A DNA stretch of 64,000 nt from Dehalococcoidia bacterium. GTDB lineage: Bacteria > Chloroflexota > Dehalococcoidia > Lucifugimonadales > Australimonadaceae. Numbering within the stretch: the stretch's first letter is position 1; every line of letters starts with the position of its first letter. The translations under genes were made by a program, and so were the position numbers. Below the pieces are notes generated by a model. It saw only the letters and a list, made by a program, of their open reading frames with translations. It was not told the origin of the DNA and did not search any database. Where the stretch lies: the NCBI GenBank assembly GCA_965220655.1, contig CBDCQO010000012.1:368268-432267 (forward strand). The letters are read 5' to 3'. Positions 1 to 9,288 of the stretch are shown piece after piece.

Positions 1-1
1 C

Positions 2-1078
2 GACGAGCTGTACGCCGTGGCCGGCGCGCTGCGCGATCTCGACACCGGCGTCATCCAGGTCGGCGACCCGACGGACCTCGAACTGACCGAGGGCATCTGC
101 ACGAGGATGTCGGAGATCAGCGGGCGCCCGGTGACCTACCTCTCCATCACGCAGAGCGTGCTCCGGCCGGACAAGTGGCGGGAGCACCTCGCTCACCTCG
201 CGGACGTCGCTGCGCTTGGCACAGCCCGCATCTACCCGCAGATCAACCCGCGCCCGGGCCTGCGCTTCTTCCAGATGGACAGCGCGGAGTTCTTCAACTT
301 CATGCCCACCTGGAAACGCATCATGAACAGCAGCACGAAGGAGCGCGTCGCAGCGTTCGCCGACGCCTCGCTGCGCCCGCAACTCGCGATGGAGGTCGCA
401 GAGCGCAGCGACACCACCGCGCTCGGATTCTCGGGGCGGTGGGACCACGTCGTCATCGTCAAGCCTGCGCTGGAGAAGAACAAGGGCCTCGCAGGCATGA
501 CCGCCGCCGAACTCGGCGCGCAGCGCGGCATCAGCGCCATGGACGCCTTCCTCGACCTCGCTGTCGAGGAGGAGATGAAGACGTGGTGCGCCCGCAACCA
601 GCAGAACAACGACGACGCGGCGATGGCCGCCATCCTCAACGACGAGCACACCCTCATCGGCCTCTCAGACTCCGGCGCGCACGTCGTGCGGGAGGGCGGT
701 TACGGCTACGGCGTGCACTTCCTGAGCCACTGGGTGCGCGACAAGGGCATCATGCCGGTAGAGGAGGGCGTGCGACGTCTCACCTCGTTCCCCGCGGACA
801 TCTTCGGCACACCGGGGCGCGGCAGGCTCACCCCCGGCAGCAAGGCCGACGTGCTCGTGATGGACTACGAGAACCTCGGTCTCGACCCGTCGGAGGAAGC
901 CTACGACCTCCCCGGCGGCTCGATGCGGCTCAAGCAGGTGGCGCACGGCATCCCGTACACCATCGTCAACGGGCAGGTGCTGCTGGAGGACGGCGTGCAT
1001 ACCGGCGCGCTTCCCGGCGAGGTCGTCCGCAACTCCCGTTACGAGAAGGGGAAGAACGGGAACGGAGCGGCGGGCTAG
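2..1078 (+). CDS. D-aminoacylase / N-acyl-D-amino-acid deacylase family amidohydrolase, C-terminal part (5' end off window)
   Basis: Frame is open to the window edge (track ORF 17..1078 begins at an internal GTG). LIGLSDSGAHV motif and tail are typical of Amidohydro_3/D-aminoacylase. High GC3. Confidence 0.7.
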   Translation, partial: DELYAVAGALRDLDTGVIQVGDPTDLELTEGICTRMSEISGRPVTYLSITQSVLRPDKWREHLAHLADVAALGTARIYPQINPRPGLRFFQMDSAEFFNFMPTWKRIMNSSTKERVAAFADASLRPQLAMEVAERSDTTALGFSGRWDHVVIVKPALEKNKGLAGMTAAELGAQRGISAMDAFLDLAVEEEMKTWCARNQQNNDDAAMAAILNDEHTLIGLSDSGAHVVREGGYGYGVHFLSHWVRDKGIMPVEEGVRRLTSFPADIFGTPGRGRLTPGSKADVLVMDYENLGLDPSEEAYDLPGGSMRLKQVAHGIPYTIVNGQVLLEDGVHTGALPGEVVRNSRYEKGKNGNGAAG

Positions 1079-1081
1079 ATC

Positions 1082-1999
1082 TTGTCCTGGGTAGTCATCG
1101 CGCTTGCGGGTGCGGCGGTCTCCGGGATCGTCAGCATCTTCGACAAGACCGTCATCTACCGCTACGCCACCACGCCTCACACGCTGCCGCTGCTCATCGG
1201 CATCGCGCAGACGTTCGTCGGGGTCGTCGTGCTCGCTGCCGTCCGCGTGCCGCCGGAAGCGACGTGGGAACCTGTGCTCTGGGCGCTCGTCTCCGGTGTG
1301 GTCTTCGGTCTCAGCGCGCAGTTCCTGATACGCGTCCTGTACTGGAATGAAGTGTCCCGCACCATCCCGGTCTTCCAGAGCTATCCCATCTTCACCGCCG
1401 TCTACGCCTTCTTCTTCCTGGGCGAGGAGTTGGGCGTGGTCGACTGGTTCGCGGTGGCGGTCGTTGTCGCAGGGGCGGTGCTGATCTCGTTCCGCCCCGG
1501 CTCCGCCTCCATCCGCGGGATCCTGCTGGACAAGGCGTTCGTGCTGCTCATGATCGGCAGCGCTATCCACGGCAGCGCGCACGTATTCGGCAAGGTCGCG
1601 GTGGACGAACTGCCGGTCCTCTTCACACACGCGCTGCGCTCCCTCGGGCTCGGAGCCGTCTTCTTCGCCTTCAACCTCCGGAGCGGCTCGGTGGACGACG
1701 TTCGAACGTTTATCCGCACCCGCAGCCCTGCGCTGCGGTTCGTCGCCATGAACGAGCTGATCATCGCGACGGTAGGGCTGCTCCTGCTCCTCTGGGCGCT
1801 GGCGCTCGGCCCCGCCGCGCTCGTTACCGCGCTGTCCGGCGCGCGCGCCTTCTTCCTCGTCGTCTACAGCACGGCGCTTGCCCTCGTCTGGAAGGGCGCG
1901 CTCGGTGAGGTCACGACGCCGGGCGTCATCGCGATCAAGCTGGTCTCGACCTCGCTCATCGTGGCCGGCGTCGCGGCGATCGCGATGGGGAGTGCATAG
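1082..1999 (+). CDS. DMT superfamily (EamA-like) 10-TM transporter, tandem paralogue 1
   Basis: 305 aa, hydrophobic throughout, two-halves architecture. TTG start 3 nt after the upstream stop. N-terminus MSWV.. is shared with the next two genes. Confidence 0.7.
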   Translation: MSWVVIALAGAAVSGIVSIFDKTVIYRYATTPHTLPLLIGIAQTFVGVVVLAAVRVPPEATWEPVLWALVSGVVFGLSAQFLIRVLYWNEVSRTIPVFQSYPIFTAVYAFFFLGEELGVVDWFAVAVVVAGAVLISFRPGSASIRGILLDKAFVLLMIGSAIHGSAHVFGKVAVDELPVLFTHALRSLGLGAVFFAFNLRSGSVDDVRTFIRTRSPALRFVAMNELIIATVGLLLLLWALALGPAALVTALSGARAFFLVVYSTALALVWKGALGEVTTPGVIAIKLVSTSLIVAGVAAIAMGSA

Positions 2000-2002
2000 C
2001 GG

Positions 2003-2917
2003 ATGTCATGGGTAGCAGTGGTGCTGGCGGGCGTGGCGCTCGCCGCGCTCCTCAGCGTTCTCGACAAGACAGTCATACACCGCTACGCCCGCATGCCATA
2101 CCTGCAGCCGCTCGTGATCGGCATCACCATGATGCTCATCGGGCTTCCGCTGCTTGCGGTGACCGGCATCCCCTCCTCGGCGACGAATGAGGCCGTCCTC
2201 TCGGCCCTTGCATCCGGCGTCTGCTACGGCCTCGGCACGCACATCCTCGTGTACACGCTCTACAGGCAGGAAGTCTCCCGCGTCATACCCGTCTACCAGA
2301 CGTACCCCATCTTCACCGCGCTCATCGCATTCTTCTTCCTTGGCGAACGACTGGACGCCGTGGAGTGGCTGGCGATGCTCGCTGTCGTGGGAGGCGCTGT
2401 GCTGCTCTCCTTCCGCCGGGACGAGTCCGGTTGCGGCTTCCTGCTGGACAGGGCCTTCCTGCTGCTGATGCTCGGCAGTGCCATAGAAGGCAGTTCCTTC
2501 GTGTTCGGCAAGTCGGCGGTGAATGACCTCCCGGTGCTGTTCACGCACGCGCTGCGGCTGCTCTCGCTCGGCAGTGTGCTGCTTGCCCTGAACCTGCGCC
2601 GGCGTTCGCTGGAACAGGTGCTCTGGTTCGTGCGTACGCGCAGCCCTGCGCTCAAGTACGTCGCCATTAATCAGCTCGTCATCTCCAACGCGACCCAGTT
2701 CCTCTTTCTCTGGGCGCTCTCACTCGGTCCTACCATCCTCGTGACGGCCCTCTCCGGTCTCCGGGCATTCTTCGTGGTCGTCTATGCCATCGTCCTTGCC
2801 AAGGTGTGGCGCGGCGCGTTGGGCGAGGTGACGACGCCCGCCACGATCACGGTTAAGCTCGTATCTTCCATCCTGATCGTTGGCGGCGTCGCCGTTATAG
2901 CCGTAGGGAGTGCGTGA
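2003..2917 (+). CDS. DMT superfamily (EamA-like) transporter, tandem paralogue 2
   Basis: 304 aa, collinear with paralogues 1 and 3 (MSWV..LDKTVIHRYA.., EVSRVIPVYQTYPIFTALIAFFFLGERL). ATG 3 nt after the previous stop. Confidence 0.75.
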   Translation: MSWVAVVLAGVALAALLSVLDKTVIHRYARMPYLQPLVIGITMMLIGLPLLAVTGIPSSATNEAVLSALASGVCYGLGTHILVYTLYRQEVSRVIPVYQTYPIFTALIAFFFLGERLDAVEWLAMLAVVGGAVLLSFRRDESGCGFLLDRAFLLLMLGSAIEGSSFVFGKSAVNDLPVLFTHALRLLSLGSVLLALNLRRRSLEQVLWFVRTRSPALKYVAINQLVISNATQFLFLWALSLGPTILVTALSGLRAFFVVVYAIVLAKVWRGALGEVTTPATITVKLVSSILIVGGVAVIAVGSA

Positions 2918-2919
2918 CG

Positions 2920-3831
2920 ATGTCCTGGGTGATCATCGTGCTGGCGGGCGCGGCGCTTGCCGCCTGCATCGGCATCCTCGACAAGACCATCATCCACAAC
3001 TACGCGCGCACGCCGAGCACGGAGCCGCTTGCCATCGGCCTCACCATGCCGCTCGTCGGGACCACGCTGCTCCTCGTCTTCGGCATCCCGGAGTCGGCCA
3101 CGTTGGAAGCCGTGCTCCTGGCGCTCGCGTCCGGCGCGTTCTATGGCCTCGGAGCGCATATCCTCATCCACTCGCTGTATACGCGGGAGGTCTCCCGCGC
3201 CATACCCGTCTACCAGACGTACCCCATCTTCACGGCGCTCATCGCGTTCTTCTTCCTCGGCGAGCGGCTGGGCGCTGTCGAATGGCTCGCCGTGCTCGCG
3301 GTGGTGGGCGGCGCGGTGCTCATCTCGTCCGGCCCCGGCGCGTCCCGCGGCTTCCTGCCTGACAGGACGTTCATGCTGCTCATGCTCGGGAGTCTCATAG
3401 AGGGCAGCTCCTTCGTTCTTGGCAAGTCGGCGGTGAACGAACTGCCCGTGCTGTTCGCGCACGCGCTGCGGATGTTCGCCCTGAGCAGCGTCCTGCTCGT
3501 ATTCAACCTGCGGCGGCCTCCGCTGGACGACCTCATCTCGTTCTTCCGCACACGCAGCCCCGCGCTCGGGTACATGGCCGTCAACCAGTTCTTCGTCGCC
3601 AACGCCAGCCTCTTCCTGCTCCTGTGGGGACTCTCGCTCGGCCCCGCGACGCTCGTGACCGCACTCTCCAGCCTGCGGACGTTCTTCCTCGTCGTCTTCA
3701 CCATCGGCCTCTCGCTCGTGTGGCGCGGCGCGCTCGGCGAGGTCACGACGCGCGGCACCGTCACGGTCAAGCTCGTCTCCACCGCCCTCATCGTGGGCGG
3801 CGCCGTCGTCATCGCGCTCGGCAGCGGGTGA
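2920..3831 (+). CDS. DMT superfamily (EamA-like) transporter, tandem paralogue 3
   Basis: Start at ATG 2920 chosen by analogy with the MSWV N-termini of the other two. The track ORF begins at GTG 2914, overlapping the previous TGA. Confidence 0.75.
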   Translation: MSWVIIVLAGAALAACIGILDKTIIHNYARTPSTEPLAIGLTMPLVGTTLLLVFGIPESATLEAVLLALASGAFYGLGAHILIHSLYTREVSRAIPVYQTYPIFTALIAFFFLGERLGAVEWLAVLAVVGGAVLISSGPGASRGFLPDRTFMLLMLGSLIEGSSFVLGKSAVNELPVLFAHALRMFALSSVLLVFNLRRPPLDDLISFFRTRSPALGYMAVNQFFVANASLFLLLWGLSLGPATLVTALSSLRTFFLVVFTIGLSLVWRGALGEVTTRGTVTVKLVSTALIVGGAVVIALGSG

Positions 3832-3865
3832 CACATCCGCAGCAACCTCCCCAACCTGTGCAAGA

Positions 3866-5161
3866 ATGGGCAGACCCCGTCCCATGAGCAGCACCGCACC
3901 CGCACGACGCATCACCCTCTACCCCTCCTTCCGGGGATGGTGGATCGTCGGCGTCTCCTTCCTTGCGCTCTTCACGCACGGCGCGGCGACCAGCTACCTG
4001 TTCGGCCTGCTCGTCGTCCCGATGGAGAACGACCTCGGGTGGAGCCGGACGACGCTCACCGGCGCGCTCACCGTCGCCACGTTCGTCTCCGCCGGGCTCG
4101 GGATGGTGCTCGGCCCGCTGTTCGACAGGAGCGGCGCGCGGCTCGGCATGACGCTCAGCGCGTTGTTCGGCGGCGCGTGCCTCCTGCTGTTGGCGTTCAC
4201 GGACGTGCCCTGGGCGTACTACGTGCTGCTCGGCGTCGGGGTCGGCGCGGCGCGGACGGGACTGGAGATCGTGGGCCCGCGCACGGCGATCGCCAACTGG
4301 TTCGTGCGACGCCGCGCTGCCGCGTTCGCCTGGTCCAGCGGAGGGCGCGCCGCATTCGGCTTCCTGATGGTCCCGGTCTTCGCCATCCTCATCGAACAGA
4401 CCTCGTGGCGTGCAGGGTGGGCCGTTCTCGGCGTCGTCGAGATATTCATCCTCGCCCCGCTCGTCTGGCTCATCGTGCGGCGCAGGCCCGAGGACCACGG
4501 GCAGTTGCCCGACGGCGACCTGCCCGGCGCGGCGCGGACCTCGGCGCGCGACCGCTCGCGCACCGTATCGGACGAGGACAGCTGGACGCTGCGGGAGGCC
4601 GTCCGCACACGAACGCTCTGGCTCATCGTTGCCTCGATCATGCTCACCGGGTTCCCCGCCACCGGCGTCATCGCGAACATGGTTCCGTACTTCGTAGACG
4701 AGGGCCTCGATTTGCAGTTCGCGTCGAGTGCGTTCGCGTTCTTCGGCTTCGGCGCGATGCTGGGGCGTCCGTTCTGGGGTTATATCGCTGCGCGCTTCGG
4801 CATTCATGCCGGCCTTACGCTCTGGGGTTTCGCCTATTCACTCTCCATCGCGCTCTACGTCTTGGCGGACACGCCCGCGACGCTCTTCGCCGCAGCGTGG
4901 CCGATAGGCCTCGTCATCGGCGGCTCGCAGCAGTTGCAGTCGCAGGCGTGGCCGGACTACTTCGGACGCAGGCACGTCGGCGCCATCACGGGCCTCACCG
5001 TCCTGCTCGTCACGCCCGCGATGGCGTTGGGCCCGGTCGTCACCGCGTTCGCTTTCGAACGCACCGGAAGCTACGAGCCCATCCACACCATCTACGTCGT
5101 GGGCGCCTTCTTCGCGGGGTTCTTCTTCCTCGCCGCCCGCCGCCCCAGACGCAAGGGTTAA
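3866..5161 (+). CDS. MFS transporter (oxalate/formate-antiporter-like subfamily)
   Basis: 431 aa, 12-TM-like. N-terminus WWIVGVSFLALF..GLLVVPMENDLGWS resembles the OFA type. Alternative start ATG 3884. Confidence 0.75.
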   Translation: MGRPRPMSSTAPARRITLYPSFRGWWIVGVSFLALFTHGAATSYLFGLLVVPMENDLGWSRTTLTGALTVATFVSAGLGMVLGPLFDRSGARLGMTLSALFGGACLLLLAFTDVPWAYYVLLGVGVGAARTGLEIVGPRTAIANWFVRRRAAAFAWSSGGRAAFGFLMVPVFAILIEQTSWRAGWAVLGVVEIFILAPLVWLIVRRRPEDHGQLPDGDLPGAARTSARDRSRTVSDEDSWTLREAVRTRTLWLIVASIMLTGFPATGVIANMVPYFVDEGLDLQFASSAFAFFGFGAMLGRPFWGYIAARFGIHAGLTLWGFAYSLSIALYVLADTPATLFAAAWPIGLVIGGSQQLQSQAWPDYFGRRHVGAITGLTVLLVTPAMALGPVVTAFAFERTGSYEPIHTIYVVGAFFAGFFFLAARRPRRKG

Positions 5162-5204
5162 TCCCCTCCCTCCGAGGAGGCCGTAACCCGTCCACCCGCG
5201 CGCC

Positions 5205-5252
5205 GGTTCACCCTCACCCTAGCCCTCTCCCCTCAAGGGAGAGGGGATCAAC
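5205..5252. repeat. Dispersed hairpin repeat, family A (copy 1)
   Basis: ggttcaccctcaccctagccctctcccctcaagggagaggggatcaac. About 44/48 nt identical to 55333..55380. Contains the hairpin TCCCCTC-aaggga-GAGGGGA. Confidence 0.8.
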
Positions 5253-5440
5253 TATGCCTGCCGCCCGCCGCGACGCCGGAGCGCCAGCACCGCTATCGCC
5301 AGCGGAATGGCGATGACCACTAGTGCGATGGCAGTGACGATCACCACCGGCCCCTGCCCGAGGATTGAGTCCAGCGTGTGGACGAGCCACTCCAGCAGTT
5401 CCGAGTCCGTCGGCTCCGAGTGATGCGCGCGTATGCCCAC
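5252..5440 (-). CDS. Possible small single-TM protein downstream of the MFS gene
   Basis: 62-aa ORF starting 3 nt after the MFS stop on the same strand. One hydrophobic helix (VVIVTAIALVVIAIPLAIAVLAL) followed by RRRGG. No homology recognised. Confidence 0.3.
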   Translation of the reverse strand: MGIRAHHSEPTDSELLEWLVHTLDSILGQGPVVIVTAIALVVIAIPLAIAVLALRRRGGRQA

Positions 5441-5443
5441 GAC

Positions 5444-6775
5444 CTACGCCTCCGCGAGTTGCATGGGCCGGTAGCGCGCCGAGACCTCCCGCTCCCGCAG
5501 CGTCCACGCCATGAGCGATGCTCCTCCCAACATCAGCACCGACACCAGCCAGAACGGGTCGTAGGAGCCGAAGTAGTCGAAGGAGAAACCCGCCGCGAGC
5601 ACGGCGACCGCTCCCGCGCACATGTGCACCATCGTGAGCATGCCGGTGATGGCGCCAACGTTGCGGACGCCGTACACCTCCGCCGTCAGCGCGCTCGTCT
5701 GGGGCACCGTCGCCAGCCATGAACTGCCCGCGACGACCGCGAACACCCAGAGCCCCACGGAGGTCGGCATCACCAGCAGCGACAGGAAACCTACCCCCCG
5801 CACTGCGTAGATGACGGTGAGCGCGTTCTTCCGCTGAACACGGTCAGAGATGAAGAACCCCATGACGAGCACGCTCGCCATGTTGGCAAAGCTGAGCAGC
5901 CCGAACGCGAGCGCCGCGGTCGTCTCGTTGATGCCCTCCGTCTTCGCGAACGAGACGAAGTGCACGGCGATGACCGCTGTCGTGACGCCGCAGACGACGT
6001 AGGTGAGCGTAAGCTGCCACATGGGGGCGGAGCGGTACGCCTGCCGCCAGTGAGATACGGTGAGCGGCCCATCGTATATCGGCGGTCGCTGCGAGCCGTC
6101 CGCATTCGTCGGCGCGTCGCCGTCCGGCCTCAGCCCCATCACCGACGGACGGTCGCGGACCACCAGTAATACCAGCGGCAACACCAGCACCAGCATTATC
6201 CCCGCGATGACTCCGAGTGCGACCCGCCAGTTGGCGAGTTCCAGCAGGTAGGCCGCGAACGGGATCAGCAGCATCGCACCGCCGGAGCCGCCGGCGGTGA
6301 TGACGCTCAGCGCCGCGCCCCGCCTGCGAACGAACCAGCGCGCGATGAGCGGCGTGAGCGGCGTGAACATCGCTCCCGCGTTGGAGAACGAGGCGAGTGT
6401 TGCGTAGAAGAACGCCAGCGCCCAGATGTTGAAGGAGAACGCCATCCCCACGGTGCTCAGGCCGAGCACGGCGATGCTTACGGCGGCCACCACCCGCGCA
6501 CCGTACCGGTCGGCCAGTCCGCCCACCACCGGCTGCGCCACGCCGTTCACCATCCAACCAACGAAGGCAACGGTGGAGAGGAACGAGACCGACACCTCGT
6601 ACTCTTCCGTCCACGACGGGAGGAAAAGCCCGAAGCTCTGCCGGAAGCCGATGGAGACGAACACCATGAAGAAGACGGCGGCCACGATGTACCAGCCGTA
6701 GAAGACGCCGCGCTGTCCCGTCGTACCCGGAGCCCCGCCTGTCGAGCCGTCTGATGCCACACCTGCTCCCTTCAC
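5444..6775 (-). CDS. MFS transporter (OFA-like)
   Basis: 443 aa. GWYIVAAVFFMVFVSIGFRQSFGLFLP N-terminus and 12 TM-like segments. GTG start. Confidence 0.8.
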   Translation of the reverse strand: MKGAGVASDGSTGGAPGTTGQRGVFYGWYIVAAVFFMVFVSIGFRQSFGLFLPSWTEEYEVSVSFLSTVAFVGWMVNGVAQPVVGGLADRYGARVVAAVSIAVLGLSTVGMAFSFNIWALAFFYATLASFSNAGAMFTPLTPLIARWFVRRRGAALSVITAGGSGGAMLLIPFAAYLLELANWRVALGVIAGIMLVLVLPLVLLVVRDRPSVMGLRPDGDAPTNADGSQRPPIYDGPLTVSHWRQAYRSAPMWQLTLTYVVCGVTTAVIAVHFVSFAKTEGINETTAALAFGLLSFANMASVLVMGFFISDRVQRKNALTVIYAVRGVGFLSLLVMPTSVGLWVFAVVAGSSWLATVPQTSALTAEVYGVRNVGAITGMLTMVHMCAGAVAVLAAGFSFDYFGSYDPFWLVSVLMLGGASLMAWTLREREVSARYRPMQLAEA

Positions 6776-6834
6776 CGCACTCTCGCGATTATACCCGCCG
6801 CTCTGCCTCTCACGTTTCGCAGGCTGGATATGCG

Positions 6835-8097
6835 CTAGAACTGCAGCCGCCGGTAGCGCGGGAACGCGACGCTGCCGATGGCGATGATCGCCAGCCCTGT
6901 GATACCGGCGATGAGGAAGGCGTTGTCAACGCCGTACCCCCTGGAGAGCGCCCCTCCGACCAGTCCCCAGAACGGCATCAGCCCTATCTCCATCTGGTAG
7001 ACGCCGATCACGCGACCGCGCAGATCGTCCGGTGTCATGGAGTGCACGATGGTCATGTTCGTCGTCATCACCACTTGCACGAACATCTGCTGGACCAGCA
7101 GCGCGAGCATCGCCATCCAGAGCGTCGTCACCTGCGACAGGACGACGACGCTGAGCGCGGAGAGGGCGAATGCAGCGGAGGCGAGCGTCCCCTTCCGGTG
7201 CGTCGACGAGAACGCTGTGAGCAGCGCCGTTCCCAGGAAGCCGCCGAGGCCCATCGCCATGAGCAGCAACCCCAGCTGGCTTCCATCGTCGTTGCCGAGT
7301 ATCTCCGCGGTGTAGACCGGCAGCTGGTTGAACACCATGGCGAGCATCGTGACCGACAGCCCGAACGTCATCGCGACCGTGATGCGTGTCGTCGGCTCGC
7401 TGATGACGCGGGCAAAGCCTTCCTTGAGGTTCTGGAGCGGTGAACTCTCCCTCGCGTGCGCCCGGTCAGCGGTGTAGTAGGGCGTTCGCATGCGGGTGAG
7501 CACCAGCAGCGCCAGAAAGAAAAGGACGCCCTGGATGAGGAAGTTGATGCCCGGGCCGAAGAAAGCGATGACGAATCCACCGACGGCAGGGCCGACGGCG
7601 CGCATGAGGTTGAACGACATCGCGAGCATCGCCGTTGCGTTCATCAGCGCCTCGCGCGGCACCGTGTTCGCGATGAGCACCTGGCGGACCGGGTTGTTCG
7701 CGGCCCACAGGGTGCCGAAGACCAGCGCGAAGACGTACAGGTGCCAGAGCTGTTGCAGGTCGTTCAGCAGCACGAGCGCGAAACCGAATACGAGCACGGT
7801 GACAAGCACCTGGTCCACGAGCAGCAGCTTCCGCCGGTCCACACGGTCGGCTATCACTCCCGTGACCGGCGAGAGCAGCAGTGGGAGCGTTCGCACCCCA
7901 ACGACGCCCGCGACCTGCAGCGGGTCCTGAGTGAGGTCGTATGCGAGCCAGCCGAGCGTTACCTGCTGGAACCAGATGCCACCGGCCACGAGCGCGGTCG
8001 TGAACCAGAGGATGCGAAAGTCCGGGTAGTGCATCGCCCGCCTGGAAACAGCGCTCTGCGCTGCGGGCGGGACTGGCTGCTGGTTGGGCGTTTGCAT
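6835..8097 (-). CDS. MFS transporter (MFS_3 / EntS-like exporter type)
   Basis: 420 aa. FRILWFTTALVAGGIWFQQVTLGWLAYDLT and VIADRVDRRKLL are typical of this subfamily. Confidence 0.8.
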   Translation of the reverse strand: MQTPNQQPVPPAAQSAVSRRAMHYPDFRILWFTTALVAGGIWFQQVTLGWLAYDLTQDPLQVAGVVGVRTLPLLLSPVTGVIADRVDRRKLLLVDQVLVTVLVFGFALVLLNDLQQLWHLYVFALVFGTLWAANNPVRQVLIANTVPREALMNATAMLAMSFNLMRAVGPAVGGFVIAFFGPGINFLIQGVLFFLALLVLTRMRTPYYTADRAHARESSPLQNLKEGFARVISEPTTRITVAMTFGLSVTMLAMVFNQLPVYTAEILGNDDGSQLGLLLMAMGLGGFLGTALLTAFSSTHRKGTLASAAFALSALSVVVLSQVTTLWMAMLALLVQQMFVQVVMTTNMTIVHSMTPDDLRGRVIGVYQMEIGLMPFWGLVGGALSRGYGVDNAFLIAGITGLAIIAIGSVAFPRYRRLQF

Positions 8098-8146
8098 GGG
8101 GCTGCCCCACTATACGCCCTGTAGCCCGCACTGTTCCGTTCGCGGT

Positions 8147-8175
8147 TTGGACTTGGCCAGGGCGGGGTCTATACT
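8147..8175 (+). promoter_or_regulatory. Candidate sigma70-type promoter (TTGGAC-17-TATACT)
   Basis: Hexamers at 8147-8152 and 8170-8175 with a 17-nt spacer. GGGAGGAAG SD follows before ATG 8214. Confidence 0.35.
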
Positions 8176-8213
8176 CCGTGCAGGAAGAAGTCCATGCGCG
8201 AGGGAGGAAGACC

Positions 8214-9284
8214 ATGAACGCGAACATCGAGCTGGTCATCGACGCTGACGGGCATGTGCAGGAGGACAACGACGCGATCAGGGAGTTCCTGCCTACCCCC
8301 TTCCTCAGGGACAGGATGCGTACCATCTTTCCGCCCTTCGACCACTTCCACCGCTATCACCTGATCCACCCGGACCCTGAGCGCGTCAAGCGCGGCGTGG
8401 TCGGGCCGGACGGGTGGGTGGCGTTCCTGGACGACGTGGGCATCGACACCACTGTGCTCTACCCGACGCAGGGGCTCGCCTACGGCAAGATCACCGCCAT
8501 CGACTGGGCGGTCGCCGCGACGCGGGCGTACAACGACTGGCTCCACGCGACCTACTGCGCCCGGGACTCGCGCTTCAAGGGTATGGCGCTGATACCGATG
8601 CAGGACCCCGTCGCCGCGGTCGAGGAACTCCGCCGAGCGGTGACCGAGCTGGGGATGGTGGGTGCGATGCTCCCCTCACGCGGGCTGATCGGGCACCTGG
8701 GGGCCAAGATGTACTGGCCCGTGTACGAGGAGGCCGACCGGCTGGGCTGTGCGGTCGCGGTCCATGGCGGGTGCCACGACGGCATGGGGTTCGACGACCT
8801 GAACCGGTACGCACCCGTCCACGCGATGGGCCACCCGATGGGCGTGATGATCGGGATGGCCAGCATCGTCTTCAACGGCGTGCTCGACCGGTTCCCCAAC
8901 ATGCGGATGAGCTTCCTGGAGGGCGGCATCGGCTGGTTCCTCATGGTGATGGAACGGTTCGACCGCTCGCACGTCACGCATATCGAGGACGACCCCGAGG
9001 GCGAGTACGGCCCGCACGGCGACGAGATACCCAGTGAGTACATCCTGCGGCACATCCGCGAGGGACGGCTGTACGTCGGGTGCGAGGGTGAAGAACCCGC
9101 GCTTGGTTTCGCGGCGACGCGCTACAGCCCTGACGCCTTCCTCTATTCCAGTGACTTCCCGCACGAGGTCACGACGGAGATGTGCAAGCGGGAGATCCAG
9201 GAAGTACGCGAGAGCGAGGAGCTGGCGGACACTGACAAGGAAGCGATCCTGAGCCGGAACGCGCTGCGCTACTACCGCCTGTGA
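8214..9284 (+). CDS. Amidohydrolase_2 (ACMSD/LigW-like) family metal-dependent hydrolase or decarboxylase
   Basis: Starts MNANIELVIDADGHV. Internal ..AVHGG.. and C-terminal ..YSSDFPHE metal-ligand motifs. Strong SD. The track ORF starts 36 nt upstream. Confidence 0.8.
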   Translation: MNANIELVIDADGHVQEDNDAIREFLPTPFLRDRMRTIFPPFDHFHRYHLIHPDPERVKRGVVGPDGWVAFLDDVGIDTTVLYPTQGLAYGKITAIDWAVAATRAYNDWLHATYCARDSRFKGMALIPMQDPVAAVEELRRAVTELGMVGAMLPSRGLIGHLGAKMYWPVYEEADRLGCAVAVHGGCHDGMGFDDLNRYAPVHAMGHPMGVMIGMASIVFNGVLDRFPNMRMSFLEGGIGWFLMVMERFDRSHVTHIEDDPEGEYGPHGDEIPSEYILRHIREGRLYVGCEGEEPALGFAATRYSPDAFLYSSDFPHEVTTEMCKREIQEVRESEELADTDKEAILSRNALRYYRL

Positions 9285-9288
9285 GACG

